From Candidatus Kapaibacterium sp. (GTDB taxonomy: Bacteria > Bacteroidota > Ignavibacteria > Kapaibacteriales > UBA2268): DNA of 64,000 nucleotides. Below, piece after piece: positions 41,986-52,139 of this stretch. Each line of letters begins with the position of its first letter. Position 1 is the first letter of the stretch. Under the pieces are notes generated by a model. That model saw only the letters and a program-made list of their open reading frames with translations. It was not told the DNA's origin and did no database searches. The position numbers were made by a program, and so were the translations under genes. Location of the stretch: NCBI GenBank assembly GCA_938031175.1, contig CALHGZ010000004.1, positions 67,635-131,634 of the forward strand, written 5' to 3'.

Positions 41986-44601
41986 ATGCTGAATTACAAA
42001 TCGTTTGTTTATATTTTTCTGGGATTACTGATTAGTAATAGTATATTATTTTCACAAACTATAACTTTGATAAGCCCATCTAATAATGAAGATTGTGTGC
42101 CATTGGAGCTTACCTTCAAGTGGTCAACCACAGGTGCTGTGAGTTATCACTTAAGAGTATCAACAGATATTAATTTTAATTATATAGTTGTCAACGTCCC
42201 GAATTTAGTCCTTGATAGTTTTACCACCGTTTTACCTGCATTTGAGACTCAGTATTATTGGCGCGTAACAGCCAGATACACTGGTGGGGATTCTATAGTT
42301 TCATCAGTACAAGTATTCAGGACAATACCTGCTCCACCCCAACTAATTGAGCCTGAAAATGGTGAAATTTGCTTACCTTTGTTAGTTCGGTTCAATTGGA
42401 GTTTAGTAACCGGGACTGTTAATTATCATCTTCAGATTTCAACTGTCGAAAATTTTGCCACAACTGTTTATGATAATGATGCATTAGATACAAATTTTGT
42501 ATCAGTTCCTCTGAATATATATTATAACACTTTCTATTGGCGGGTTAGGTCAATCGGTATTCCTTGCACAACCGGGTGGTCAGCTGTTTATAGTTTAAAA
42601 ACTGTTCCACAACCACCACAATTAGTTTTTCCACAAAATAATGCTAAAGGAATATCTCTTAGCACACAATTAATATGGAGAAATGTAAGTGGTGCAGAAT
42701 CATATAAGCTACAAGTTGCAGATAATCCAAACTTCGAGAATCCGATTGTTGATTTGCAAAATTATACTGACACAACCTATTCAATAAATTTTCCCAATTA
42801 CAATAGAGTTTATTACTGGCGAGTTTCATCAAACTTTATTGATTGTACATCACCTTGGACATCAACTTATAGTTTTAGAACAGTTTACCCGGCTACAACA
42901 TTGAAATCACCTGTAGATGGGGCACAATGCGTATCTTTAAATCCCAGATTTGAATGGGAACAATTGCAGGGAGTTATTTCTTATAGATTGCAGGTTTCTC
43001 AATCACCCAATTTTGACACACTTGTTGTAATCGATGTTTTCCCTGTTTATGAAATTAGTTTGGATACAACACTCAATCTTGCTTTGACAGAATTGTATTG
43101 GCGAGTAAGGGCAGAGGATACTACCAATTTTGGTGTATGGTCTCAATCGTGGGTGTTTACATCAACTATTTTTTCGCCAACTTTACTGGTACCAACGAAT
43201 AACTCTACTGGCAACCCGATTACAGTAACCTTAAAATGGGAGGAGCTTTATTCAGGTGCAGTTTATAGTTTGAAACTTTCAAAAAATCCAGATATGAGTA
43301 ATCCAATATTGGATATAAACAATTATGGTGGTAATACTTACCAAATTACTTTACCCAACTATAATCAATTCTATTACTGGCAAGTTAGAGCTACATATAT
43401 AGGTTGCACAAGTGCCTGGTCTCCAATTTATGTATTCAAGACAATGATTGACAAACCTATTCTTCTTGCTCCAGATAGTGCATCAACAAAGCAACCAGTT
43501 AGCCCCTTATACGAATGGTTACCCGTTGTAGATGCTTTGACTTATGAAATTACTGTTGCCAAAGATCCGAATTTTGAACAAATCGTAAGCGGGCAAAAAG
43601 GCATTGTCAACACTAAAATATTATTAGTAGGTGAATTGGAGACGTTTACAAAATATTACTGGCGTGTAAGAGCTTCCAATCTTGAAGCTACAGGCGAATG
43701 GTCTGTTACCTGGTGGTTCGAAACTGGTGGTTATGGACCAGCAATACCTGAATTAGTTTCACCCAATGATAATCAGACAAAAGTACCTATTAATCCAATC
43801 CTCGAATGGAAACCTGCAGAAAGAGCAGAAACTTACATTATTCAAGTATCTAAAGATGAGTTTTTTACTCAGGATATCATATTTGAGGCTGAAACAAGTG
43901 ACACCACATTTAGCATTGAAGGGCTTGATAATTACATTTATTATTACTGGCGTGTAGCTGCTCGAAATGAAAATGGGCAAAGCCGATGGTCGCAGGTTCG
44001 TCGTTTTAGAACAATTGCTAAATTACCAGAGCAAGCACCTGTTCTAAAAACTCCTGCTGATAATGCTGAAAATTTAGATATTCGGTTTACCGCTGTTTGG
44101 TATAGAGTACCAGATGCTCAGGGGTATAGGATTCAATTGGCTGATGAACAAGATTTCAATGAAACATCAATTATTTTTGATAGCCGACCATTCGATACTA
44201 CCTTCCGCATTGATGGACTGAAATATGACAAACAATACTACTGGCGAGTTTTGGGATATAGCGAAGCTGGTGATGGACCTTGGTCCTTACCCTGGACTTT
44301 CAAAACACGATCTACAGTTTCTGTAAAAGAAATTGAAAGTGTAGCTGAGCAGATATTTATCCACCCCAATCCAGTTGCTCAAATTGCTATTCTACATTTT
44401 AACTTACTGATGGCAAGTGATGTTGCGATAAATATCTATGACCAGCTTGGAAGGATTGTACACAACGTTCAAACTAAAAATTTCAGCTCCGGCTGTAATT
44501 TCATTAAATTGGATATATCAAATTTAGCTAATGGTGTTCATTATTGCAACATAATCATTAACGGTAAAACAATTACTTTGCCATTTATAATTCAAAAGTG
44601 A
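41986..44601 (+). CDS. Secreted T9SS-cargo protein with eight tandem FN3-like repeats
   Basis: Signal peptide. Eight ~95-aa repeats, each with P..L..P.N… F.W…Y.LQVS..PNF… YYWRVRA…W(S/T)…F(K/R)T. C-terminal HPNP… T9SS CTD. Confidence 0.6.
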   Translation: MLNYKSFVYIFLGLLISNSILFSQTITLISPSNNEDCVPLELTFKWSTTGAVSYHLRVSTDINFNYIVVNVPNLVLDSFTTVLPAFETQYYWRVTARYTGGDSIVSSVQVFRTIPAPPQLIEPENGEICLPLLVRFNWSLVTGTVNYHLQISTVENFATTVYDNDALDTNFVSVPLNIYYNTFYWRVRSIGIPCTTGWSAVYSLKTVPQPPQLVFPQNNAKGISLSTQLIWRNVSGAESYKLQVADNPNFENPIVDLQNYTDTTYSINFPNYNRVYYWRVSSNFIDCTSPWTSTYSFRTVYPATTLKSPVDGAQCVSLNPRFEWEQLQGVISYRLQVSQSPNFDTLVVIDVFPVYEISLDTTLNLALTELYWRVRAEDTTNFGVWSQSWVFTSTIFSPTLLVPTNNSTGNPITVTLKWEELYSGAVYSLKLSKNPDMSNPILDINNYGGNTYQITLPNYNQFYYWQVRATYIGCTSAWSPIYVFKTMIDKPILLAPDSASTKQPVSPLYEWLPVVDALTYEITVAKDPNFEQIVSGQKGIVNTKILLVGELETFTKYYWRVRASNLEATGEWSVTWWFETGGYGPAIPELVSPNDNQTKVPINPILEWKPAERAETYIIQVSKDEFFTQDIIFEAETSDTTFSIEGLDNYIYYYWRVAARNENGQSRWSQVRRFRTIAKLPEQAPVLKTPADNAENLDIRFTAVWYRVPDAQGYRIQLADEQDFNETSIIFDSRPFDTTFRIDGLKYDKQYYWRVLGYSEAGDGPWSLPWTFKTRSTVSVKEIESVAEQIFIHPNPVAQIAILHFNLLMASDVAINIYDQLGRIVHNVQTKNFSSGCNFIKLDISNLANGVHYCNIIINGKTITLPFIIQK

Positions 44602-44614
44602 TAATAATCAATTA

Positions 44615-44641
44615 AACCTCCTCTTTTCGAGGAGGTTTTTA
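44615..44641 (+). terminator. Rho-independent terminator
   Basis: AACCTCCTC-ttttc-GAGGAGGTT hairpin followed by TTTT, 14 nt after the stop at 44601. Confidence 0.7.
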
Positions 44642-44887
44642 GTTTAAATTAGGTATTTGTTTTAAATTACCCACGAAATAATGGAAAATTTATCGAGTTT
44701 ATTGGATTTTCCACCATTAATAGGATTAATCATTTTCATTCTAATTATTACGATAATAATCTCAATAATTAAAAAACTTATTAAGTTAACGATTTTTATT
44801 GGCATTCTTATTATTTTGATAGTAATTATTGTTAAGTTAGTAGAAAGTATGAAATAAAATTTGAACAAATCATTGGAGGTATTATTT

Positions 44888-46231
44888 ATGTCATATAAAA
44901 TTGGAATTATAGGAACTGGTTATGTCGGTTTGGTTACAGGTACTTGCTTTGCAGAGACCGGCAATAATGTTTGGTGCGTTGATATTGACAAAGAAAAAAT
45001 AGCGATACTAAAAAAAGGCAAACCCACAATATTTGAGCCCGGTTTGGAAAGGTTACTTAAAACAAATATTGAAGAGGGAAGGCTTTTTTTCACAACAAGT
45101 TTAGAAGAAGTAGTTTTAAATTGTACTTTATTTTTTTTGTGCCTACCAACTCCACCAAATGAAGATGGGTCAGCGGATTTAAAACAAGTTATTAAAGTTA
45201 CCGAGGATATAGCCAATTTGCTGAAAAAGAATGAAATATTTGAAAAACGTATAGTTGTGAATAAAAGTACTGTTCCAGTTGGTACAACTAACAAATTAAG
45301 AAATATTTTCCGCGAAATAGTTCCACAGGCTGAAGTCGAAGTGGCAAGTAATCCTGAATTTTTACGTGAAGGTTTTGCAGTAGAAGATGCAATGAAACCT
45401 GAACGTGTTGTTATAGGTACCTCAAGTGATTATGTTGAATTAATTCTGCGCGATTTATATCAACCTTTCGTAAGAAGTGGTAATCCAATTATTTGTATGG
45501 ATGAAAAAAGTGCTGAAGTTACAAAATATGCAGCTAATTCATTCTTAGCTACTAAAATATCATTTATGAATGATTTATCAAGATATTGTGAAATAATCGG
45601 AGCTGACATTGATAAAGTCCGCATAGGAATTGGTTCTGATAGTAGAATAGGTAAAAGGTTTTTGTTTGCCGGGATTGGTTATGGTGGGTCGTGCTTTCCT
45701 AAGGATGTCAAGGCTTTGATTCATTCTGCTGAACAAGTTGGTGTTGCTCTCTCAATTGTAAAAGCTGCTCAACACGTAAATGAATATCAAATAAAAAGAT
45801 TTATCAAACTTATTAAGAAAAGGTTTGATTATAAAATTAGTAATAAGAAATTCGCATTATGGGGTTTAGCTTTTAAACCAAATACAGATGATGTTCGCGA
45901 AGCTCCTTCATTCAGAATCATTGACAGTTTGCTTGAAGATGATGCAATTATTTCCTGTTACGATCAGGAAGCAATGGAAAATACTAGAAAACATTACGGC
46001 GATAAATTGCATTATGCGAAAAATCCTTACGAATGCCTTGAAAACGCTGATGCTTTAATAATTGCCACTGAGTGGAATGTTTTTAGAAATCCTGATTTCC
46101 AAAAAATAAAATCATTAATGAAAACGAAATTAATTTTTGATGGAAGAAATGTATATAATATCTCCGAAATAAAGAATTGGGGATTTGAATATTATTGTGT
46201 GGGAAGACCTGCTGTTATTCCTACGGAATAA
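44888..46231 (+). CDS. ugd: UDP-glucose 6-dehydrogenase / nucleotide-sugar dehydrogenase
   Basis: MSYKIGIIGTGYVGL Rossmann N-terminus. Catalytic-Cys region GGSCFPKD. GGAGG RBS 7 nt before ATG 44888 (the track start at 44861 is a TTG). Confidence 0.8.
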   Translation: MSYKIGIIGTGYVGLVTGTCFAETGNNVWCVDIDKEKIAILKKGKPTIFEPGLERLLKTNIEEGRLFFTTSLEEVVLNCTLFFLCLPTPPNEDGSADLKQVIKVTEDIANLLKKNEIFEKRIVVNKSTVPVGTTNKLRNIFREIVPQAEVEVASNPEFLREGFAVEDAMKPERVVIGTSSDYVELILRDLYQPFVRSGNPIICMDEKSAEVTKYAANSFLATKISFMNDLSRYCEIIGADIDKVRIGIGSDSRIGKRFLFAGIGYGGSCFPKDVKALIHSAEQVGVALSIVKAAQHVNEYQIKRFIKLIKKRFDYKISNKKFALWGLAFKPNTDDVREAPSFRIIDSLLEDDAIISCYDQEAMENTRKHYGDKLHYAKNPYECLENADALIIATEWNVFRNPDFQKIKSLMKTKLIFDGRNVYNISEIKNWGFEYYCVGRPAVIPTE

Positions 46232-46270
46232 CAGTATAATATATTGCTATTGCATATTATTAACCAATTA

Positions 46271-46308
46271 TTTTGGTCTATATTAGACCAAAATTTAATT
46301 TTTTTTAT
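46271..46308 (+). terminator. Rho-independent terminator after ugd
   Basis: Perfect 10-bp stem TTTTGGTCTA-tat-TAGACCAAAA followed by a T-rich run. Confidence 0.6.
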
Positions 46309-46451
46309 TATAAGTTTGTAAATTAATTGAAAAATAAATATATTTTATCATTGGCACAGTTTTTAATATTTGATAAATTGTGTTATGAGATTAATCTATA
46401 TTGTAATCAGCCGATATATTTAATATACATATATCATATTATGAGTAAGAA

Positions 46452-46994
46452 ATGGCAAAAGAAGAAAGACAAAACGAACAAAAAACTAAAAGTGAAGAAA
46501 AATCCACTGGTATGAAATTACCGGTAATGATTGGTATCATATTAGGTATTTTAATTGTCAATGCGGCAATTATATATTTATTGTTCAATTTGCTTCTTGC
46601 ACCAAACATCGGCAATCAACAGAATCAGTCAACCAAAACCGAAAAACATGACAGTGAAAATAGTGTAAATGAAGATGAATTCGATAACACAGAAAAACCT
46701 ATTTTTATTGAAACAGGAAGAATTACAACAAATCCTAAGTTTTCAGACAAGTTTGTTGTTGTTAATTTAGGATTGGAATTTAATTCAAAAGAGCACACAC
46801 AAGAACTTGCACCGGCATTACTTGCCAAGATAAGAGGAGTAGTAAATAGTACTTTTGCAAATATGACAGTTGACGAAATACATAATCAAAGGGATAGCTT
46901 AAATATAATATTCCTCAATAATTTGAAATCTGTATTCAGAAAAGAAAAAAAATTATTGAGAGAAGTAATTATACAAGAATTTATCATACAATAA
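46452..46994 (+). CDS. fliL: Flagellar basal-body-associated protein FliL
   Basis: Single TM (LPVMIGIILGILIVNAAIIYLLF) followed by a FliL-like periplasmic domain (…FVVVNLGLEF…). Sits directly before fliM. Confidence 0.6.
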   Translation: MAKEERQNEQKTKSEEKSTGMKLPVMIGIILGILIVNAAIIYLLFNLLLAPNIGNQQNQSTKTEKHDSENSVNEDEFDNTEKPIFIETGRITTNPKFSDKFVVVNLGLEFNSKEHTQELAPALLAKIRGVVNSTFANMTVDEIHNQRDSLNIIFLNNLKSVFRKEKKLLREVIIQEFIIQ

Positions 46995-47012
46995 TTAGGA
47001 TGTTGAAAAGCT

Positions 47013-48044
47013 ATGTCGGATGTTTTATCACAGACCGAAATAGATGCCCTGCTCAATGAAATGACTTCGGGCAGGATTGATGTTGACGAAATCCTTGATG
47101 GTAAATTAGCCAAAGGAGATATTTCCAATTATGATTTCAGAAGGCCAAATAGAATTTCTAAAAACCAAATTAGAACCCTGCAAACAATTCACGAAAGTTT
47201 TGCAGAAATATTCAGTTATTATTTAGTATCAAAATTGCAAACAGTTGTTTCAATTACAGTAACATCTGTTGATCAGCTATTTTATTCAGAATTTATTCTA
47301 TCGGTTTCCAATCCGAGTTGCCTTTATGTGTTTGATATAGAAGGTACAGACGGCAGTGGAATTATGGAAGTCAGTCCCCAGCTTGCCTTAACAATAATCG
47401 AGAGATTATTAGGAGGTACGGGAGAAAATCCACCTAAGCCAAGAACTATAACACCAATCGAGCAGGCAGTGATTAGAAATGTAATCGAACATGCACTTTC
47501 GGATCTAAGAAATGCATGGCGTTCAATTGCCGATTTAAAATTTGTTTTTTCCAGACTTGAAACAGAAGCTGATTTTGTCCAAATATCACCAGCCTCTGAA
47601 ATTGTTGCGGTTGTCTCCTTTGATGTAAATGTTGGTGTTCATACATTTTTGATGAATTTATGCTTTCCTACATTTGCTCTGGAAGAAGTCTTAGCGAGGT
47701 TAAATCGACAGCAAGTAACAACAACATCATTGAAACAAACCCCCGAGCGAATAAAGGAAAATATTGAAATATTAAAACAACAAATGTCAAACACGTATTT
47801 GCCAATTATTGCGGAATTGGGAAAGGCTTCAATTACAGTCGGGGAACTTCTGGAATTAAAACCGGGTGATGTTATAAAAATAAACAAGAGAATTAACGAA
47901 GAAATTGAAATTTTAATTGCTGGTAAGAGGAAACTGGCAGCAAGGCCCGGTACGGTTGATGGGAAAAAAGCTATAAAAATCACTCGTCAACTTACAGAAG
48001 AAGATAATATTCAAGATGAAATAGTTTATAAATTGGAGTATTAA
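47013..48044 (+). CDS. fliM: Flagellar motor switch protein FliM
   Basis: N-terminal [17 protein letters not shown] is the conserved FliM CheY-P-binding motif. 343 aa. Confidence 0.8.
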   Translation: MSDVLSQTEIDALLNEMTSGRIDVDEILDGKLAKGDISNYDFRRPNRISKNQIRTLQTIHESFAEIFSYYLVSKLQTVVSITVTSVDQLFYSEFILSVSNPSCLYVFDIEGTDGSGIMEVSPQLALTIIERLLGGTGENPPKPRTITPIEQAVIRNVIEHALSDLRNAWRSIADLKFVFSRLETEADFVQISPASEIVAVVSFDVNVGVHTFLMNLCFPTFALEEVLARLNRQQVTTTSLKQTPERIKENIEILKQQMSNTYLPIIAELGKASITVGELLELKPGDVIKINKRINEEIEILIAGKRKLAARPGTVDGKKAIKITRQLTEEDNIQDEIVYKLEY

Positions 48045-48045
48045 T

Positions 48046-48453
48046 ATGCCAGAAATTGAAGATAATATTGACACTACGGAAAATAAAAAAGCCGAAGTAA
48101 GCTCGGCTAAATTTCAGATAGACGAGCCTAAATTTGAGGAAATAGAAACTACTCGAGATGAAACTGATTTAGGCGAAATTGACCCTAAACTAGAGTTGTT
48201 ATATGATTTGCAATTACCTGTTACAATTGAATTAGGCAGAACTAATATGCTAATCCGAAATATTTTAAAACTCGGAAGAGGTTCTGTCATCGAATTTGAT
48301 AAGCTTGTCAGTGAACCTGTTGATGTATTGGTAAATGGTCGAAAAGTTGCTGAGGGAGAAGTTGTTGTAATTGATAAGCATTTTGGTATCCGAATTACAA
48401 CATTAGTTGATCCCTCTGACAGAATAAAATCTATTAGACGAAAATCATTGTAG
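48046..48453 (+). CDS. fliN: Flagellar motor switch protein FliN (SpoA domain)
   Basis: 135 aa. C-terminal [54 protein letters not shown]… matches FliN/SpoA. Confidence 0.75.
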   Translation: MPEIEDNIDTTENKKAEVSSAKFQIDEPKFEEIETTRDETDLGEIDPKLELLYDLQLPVTIELGRTNMLIRNILKLGRGSVIEFDKLVSEPVDVLVNGRKVAEGEVVVIDKHFGIRITTLVDPSDRIKSIRRKSL

Positions 48454-48461
48454 GTTAAAAT

Positions 48462-48860
48462 ATGAATCAAAGTATTGACCTAAATAATTATCTAACATTT
48501 ATAGCTATAAGTGGATTAATTATTTTTATGCTTTTACTAATTAGAAAAATATTATTGAAGAAAAAACTTAATCATAATAATGGAATTGAATTAAAAATTA
48601 TAAACCGACTTAACCTACATTCCAAAGCAAATCTATTTTTAGTCAATGTATGCGGCAAAACTTTATTGATTGGGGTTTCAGATAACCATATATCAACTTT
48701 AGCAGATTTAACTGACACATCAGTCTCACTAAAAAATATTAAAGCCAAAAATTCACTAAATCACACAGGAAATTCAAGCCAGGAAAACGAAAAGAAACCA
48801 GATCCATTATCATTCAAAAATTTTATATTATCCGAATTGAAGCGGGAAAAGAAAAATTAG
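48462..48860 (+). CDS. fliO: FliO/FliZ-like flagellar biosynthesis protein
   Basis: 132 aa. N-terminal TM. IINRLNLHSKANLFLVNVCGKTLLIGVSDNHISTLADL resembles the FliO core. Sits right after fliN. Confidence 0.5.
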   Translation: MNQSIDLNNYLTFIAISGLIIFMLLLIRKILLKKKLNHNNGIELKIINRLNLHSKANLFLVNVCGKTLLIGVSDNHISTLADLTDTSVSLKNIKAKNSLNHTGNSSQENEKKPDPLSFKNFILSELKREKKN

Positions 48861-48871
48861 TTTTCCATTAT

Positions 48872-49513
48872 TTATTCTGTACTTAGAATTTTTTTTATTA
48901 TTCCCCTGATCTGGCGTGTGCCTTCGTCAGTTTTGGATGAATGAGGAATTATTTCAATAATTTTCTTGCAATATTTGGTTAATTCAGAAATTTGCTCTAA
49001 TCTTTGGTATAATAAATTTCCAGTGATTTTATCAGTTTTTGTCAAAACGATCGCGTAGTTTTTATTACTATTTTCAAAAAGCTCGATTAAACTCAAGTCA
49101 ATTTCTGTCGGGTCGTGTCTTGAATCAATCAAACTAAATATTAGTTTCAAATTTTCTCTGTTCTGTAGATAATACAAGTTTAATTTAGTCCAATGTGTTC
49201 TGTCTTTTTTGCTTACCGATGCATATCCAAAACCAGGCAAATCTACAAGTACAAATTTACTGTCAATTAGATAAAAGTTTAAAAGTCTTGTTTTCCCCGG
49301 TGTGGAACTTGTCCTTGCAAGATTTGGAATACGGACTAATTTATTGAGTAATGTTGATTTACCTACATTAGAACGACCAGCAAATGCGATTTCTGGCATA
49401 TTTATATTTGGTATCTGATTTATTTCAATTGCTGAACTTATTAATTTGGCATTTATCTGTTTCATAGGCATAAATTTTCTTAAATAGACTATATCTAATG
49501 GTTTATATTTCAA
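48872..49513 (-). CDS. engB: Ribosome-biogenesis GTPase YihA/EngB
   Basis: G1 motif GRSNVGKSTLLNKL, DLPGFGYA (G3), LTKTDK (G4). Confidence 0.8.
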   Translation of the reverse strand: MKYKPLDIVYLRKFMPMKQINAKLISSAIEINQIPNINMPEIAFAGRSNVGKSTLLNKLVRIPNLARTSSTPGKTRLLNFYLIDSKFVLVDLPGFGYASVSKKDRTHWTKLNLYYLQNRENLKLIFSLIDSRHDPTEIDLSLIELFENSNKNYAIVLTKTDKITGNLLYQRLEQISELTKYCKKIIEIIPHSSKTDEGTRQIRGIIKKILSTE

Positions 49514-49608
49514 ATTTAATTGAATTTTGTTTTGGCATAATTTATGCTTTTAGTGAAAAATTAATCGGACAATGAATAGAGAATATGATTTAATCATGAA
49601 AGGAAATT

Positions 49609-50028
49609 ATGAGAGACGAATTGCAACCGGTACAACTTGAGGAGCTTTTAAATAAAAATAGAAATAAAACAGATGTATATGCTCAATCAGTAAATAAAAT
49701 CAGCGAAAAATATAAATTGATTGATTTAAATAAGGAGTTCATAGGCTCGCCTAAGCATTCCTTCCTTATACGTACAACAGGTGATTCTATGATTGGATGT
49801 GGAATTAATACAAATGATTTACTTATAGTGGATAGAACTGTAAAGCCCGAGAATGGTATGATTGTCGTTGCTGAAATCGATAATAAAATTACCGTTAAAA
49901 AATATTATGCAATTGGAAAAACAGTTATTTTAAAATCTGCCAACAGTAATTATTCAGATATTAAGCTGGAATTAACAGAAAAATTTAGGATATGGGGCGT
50001 GGTAACTTCTGTAATTAAAACACTTTAA
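49609..50028 (+). CDS. S24-family LexA/UmuD-like autopeptidase (no HTH domain)
   Basis: 139 aa. Ser-nucleophile context TGDSMIGCGI and downstream Lys (ITVKKYY). N-terminal region too short for a LexA DNA-binding domain. Confidence 0.6.
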   Translation: MRDELQPVQLEELLNKNRNKTDVYAQSVNKISEKYKLIDLNKEFIGSPKHSFLIRTTGDSMIGCGINTNDLLIVDRTVKPENGMIVVAEIDNKITVKKYYAIGKTVILKSANSNYSDIKLELTEKFRIWGVVTSVIKTL

Positions 50029-50120
50029 TACTACAAATACAAAAAACCTATGAACTTCATTAATACGTTCATACTATAAATATTTTACTAGCGTCTTGAT
50101 AATGAAAACTACATCATAAA

Positions 50121-51014
50121 ATGAAAGATTACAATAAATATCTACGTCCGGAAATAATAGCCAAGCTAAAAAACATTGAACTTAAAGCTCGTTTAGTAGT
50201 AGAAGGTTTCTTGACAGGTTTGCACCGCTCACCCTATCATGGTTTCAGTGTCGAATTTGCTGAGCATCGGCAGTATAGACCCGGTGATGAGCTTAGGTAT
50301 ATTGATTGGAAAGTTTTTGGACGAACAGACCGTTATTATGTTAAAGAATTCGAAGAAGAGACTAATTTACGTGCCGTCATTGCAGTTGATTCAAGTGCAT
50401 CGATGAAATATTCATCTAAAGGGCACCTATCTAAATTTGAATATACAATTTATTTAGCTGGAGCCTTAGCTTATCTTATGATAAAGCAAAGAGATGCAAC
50501 AGGTTTGGCATTATACGATACAGGTATCAGAGCATATTTACCTCCTCGTTCAAAATTATCATATATAAGTGAAATATTAAAAGTGCTTGATAGCACTCAA
50601 CCAGCCAATTTAACTGGTACTGCCAAAGCACTTGATTTACTAGCCGAAAGAATTAGCAGAAGAGGGCTTGTAATTATTATCAGCGATTTTTTTGATGATT
50701 ATGATTCAGTTATAAATGCTTTAAAGCACTTCAGACACAGGAAACACGAAGTTTTAGCATTTCAAATTTTAGATCCAAGAGAAATTGATTTTAAATTTGG
50801 CGAATCTGCGAATTTCAAAGATGTTGAAACTGGTGAAGAATTAATAACTCAACCTTATCAGATTCAGAAAACATATAGCCAAGCGGTGAAAAATTTTATT
50901 GATGATATACGTAAGGAGTGCTATGAGCATCAGATTGATTATCACTTGATTGATACGTCTACCCCGTTTGACAAGGCTTTGAGGGATTATCTAACTAAAA
51001 GGCGACATCTTTGA
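50121..51014 (+). CDS. DUF58 (vWA-like) domain protein
   Basis: Characteristic DUF58 N-terminus …LHRSPYHGFSVEFAEHRQYRPGDELRYIDWKVFGRTDRYYVKEFEEE… then a vWA-like fold. Confidence 0.7.
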   Translation: MKDYNKYLRPEIIAKLKNIELKARLVVEGFLTGLHRSPYHGFSVEFAEHRQYRPGDELRYIDWKVFGRTDRYYVKEFEEETNLRAVIAVDSSASMKYSSKGHLSKFEYTIYLAGALAYLMIKQRDATGLALYDTGIRAYLPPRSKLSYISEILKVLDSTQPANLTGTAKALDLLAERISRRGLVIIISDFFDDYDSVINALKHFRHRKHEVLAFQILDPREIDFKFGESANFKDVETGEELITQPYQIQKTYSQAVKNFIDDIRKECYEHQIDYHLIDTSTPFDKALRDYLTKRRHL

Positions 51015-51015
51015 A

Positions 51016-52026
51016 TTATTTTTTTGCAATTATAAGATTGGTATTAAACTTTGTTGGGTAGTTTTTAATATTTTTGAACCAGGCTTCTTTGAGTATGACC
51101 CAAACATCTGTTTCTGTATAGACGTCCCCTGATGGTGTATTTATAAGCATATTCAATGAAAAAAGAGCAGTGTAAAGAGGTTTGGTTCTATCATCACTAA
51201 TAATATAGTCGTGAATAATGATTTGACCGCCTGGTTTTAAAGCGAGGTAAATTTTCTTTGCGAGTTCAATATTTTCCCAAATTGAATTACTATGGATGAT
51301 TGAAGATAAAAATACAATATCATAATCACTGCCGAAATTGTCTACAAAATAATCGCCCTCAATTAAATGAATTTTATCCATAAATCCATTTTCATAAAGA
51401 TAATTTTGAGTTAGTTTAATTACCTTGGGTAGGTCAAAGATATATACTTCCATATCTGGTTTAGCTCTAACAAATTCCATAGCATATGCACCAGAGCCAC
51501 CACCTAGATCAAGTAATTTTTTGGCATTTGGAAGATAAACCATATTGACAATTTCGCGAGCTTGATGAGTTGCCCGCCAGTGCATTGCTGCAATGAAATC
51601 GTTGAGTTTTTCTCCTTCGATATCATCGGTAATACGATAATACATAGATGTGCCTTTTTTTACTGATTCTGTCAATTTCGACCACCGGTCATATAGATTA
51701 CTATAATGAGCCATACTTGCAATGTAATCGGGACTTTCCTTGACGAGATATTGTCGAGTAACACTAGTGTTTGAATAGTATATTCCCTCTTTATTTAGTA
51801 AGCCAAGAGCAGTTAGAGCATTCATCAATCGGGCAATAGCATTGGGGTTGGAGCCAGCTTCATTTGCTACTTCTTCAGCGGTTTTTTCATAATCGCCTAA
51901 TATTGAAAATATGTCAAGTTCGCAAGCAGTTAGTAAGGTTTTACTTTTTTCAAAAGACCAGGCAAGCTCAAGCAATGAATTAACATTAGTTATATGTTCC
52001 ATCTGTTTCTTTAATTGGATTTTCAT
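51016..52026 (-). CDS. Class I SAM-dependent O-methyltransferase (dimerisation domain + Methyltransf_2)
   Basis: LLDLGGGSGAYAMEF SAM-binding motif I. N-terminal winged-helix dimerisation region. 336 aa. Confidence 0.65.
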   Translation of the reverse strand: MKIQLKKQMEHITNVNSLLELAWSFEKSKTLLTACELDIFSILGDYEKTAEEVANEAGSNPNAIARLMNALTALGLLNKEGIYYSNTSVTRQYLVKESPDYIASMAHYSNLYDRWSKLTESVKKGTSMYYRITDDIEGEKLNDFIAAMHWRATHQAREIVNMVYLPNAKKLLDLGGGSGAYAMEFVRAKPDMEVYIFDLPKVIKLTQNYLYENGFMDKIHLIEGDYFVDNFGSDYDIVFLSSIIHSNSIWENIELAKKIYLALKPGGQIIIHDYIISDDRTKPLYTALFSLNMLINTPSGDVYTETDVWVILKEAWFKNIKNYPTKFNTNLIIAKK

Positions 52027-52139
52027 ATTGCTATTACCCTTATTATTTTCAAAATTTCGAGAATATATATAAACTTATGGCATAAATTTAATAATTCCAA
52101 ATTTTTAAAATTGATATACATCTGAATTTTTAATCAATT

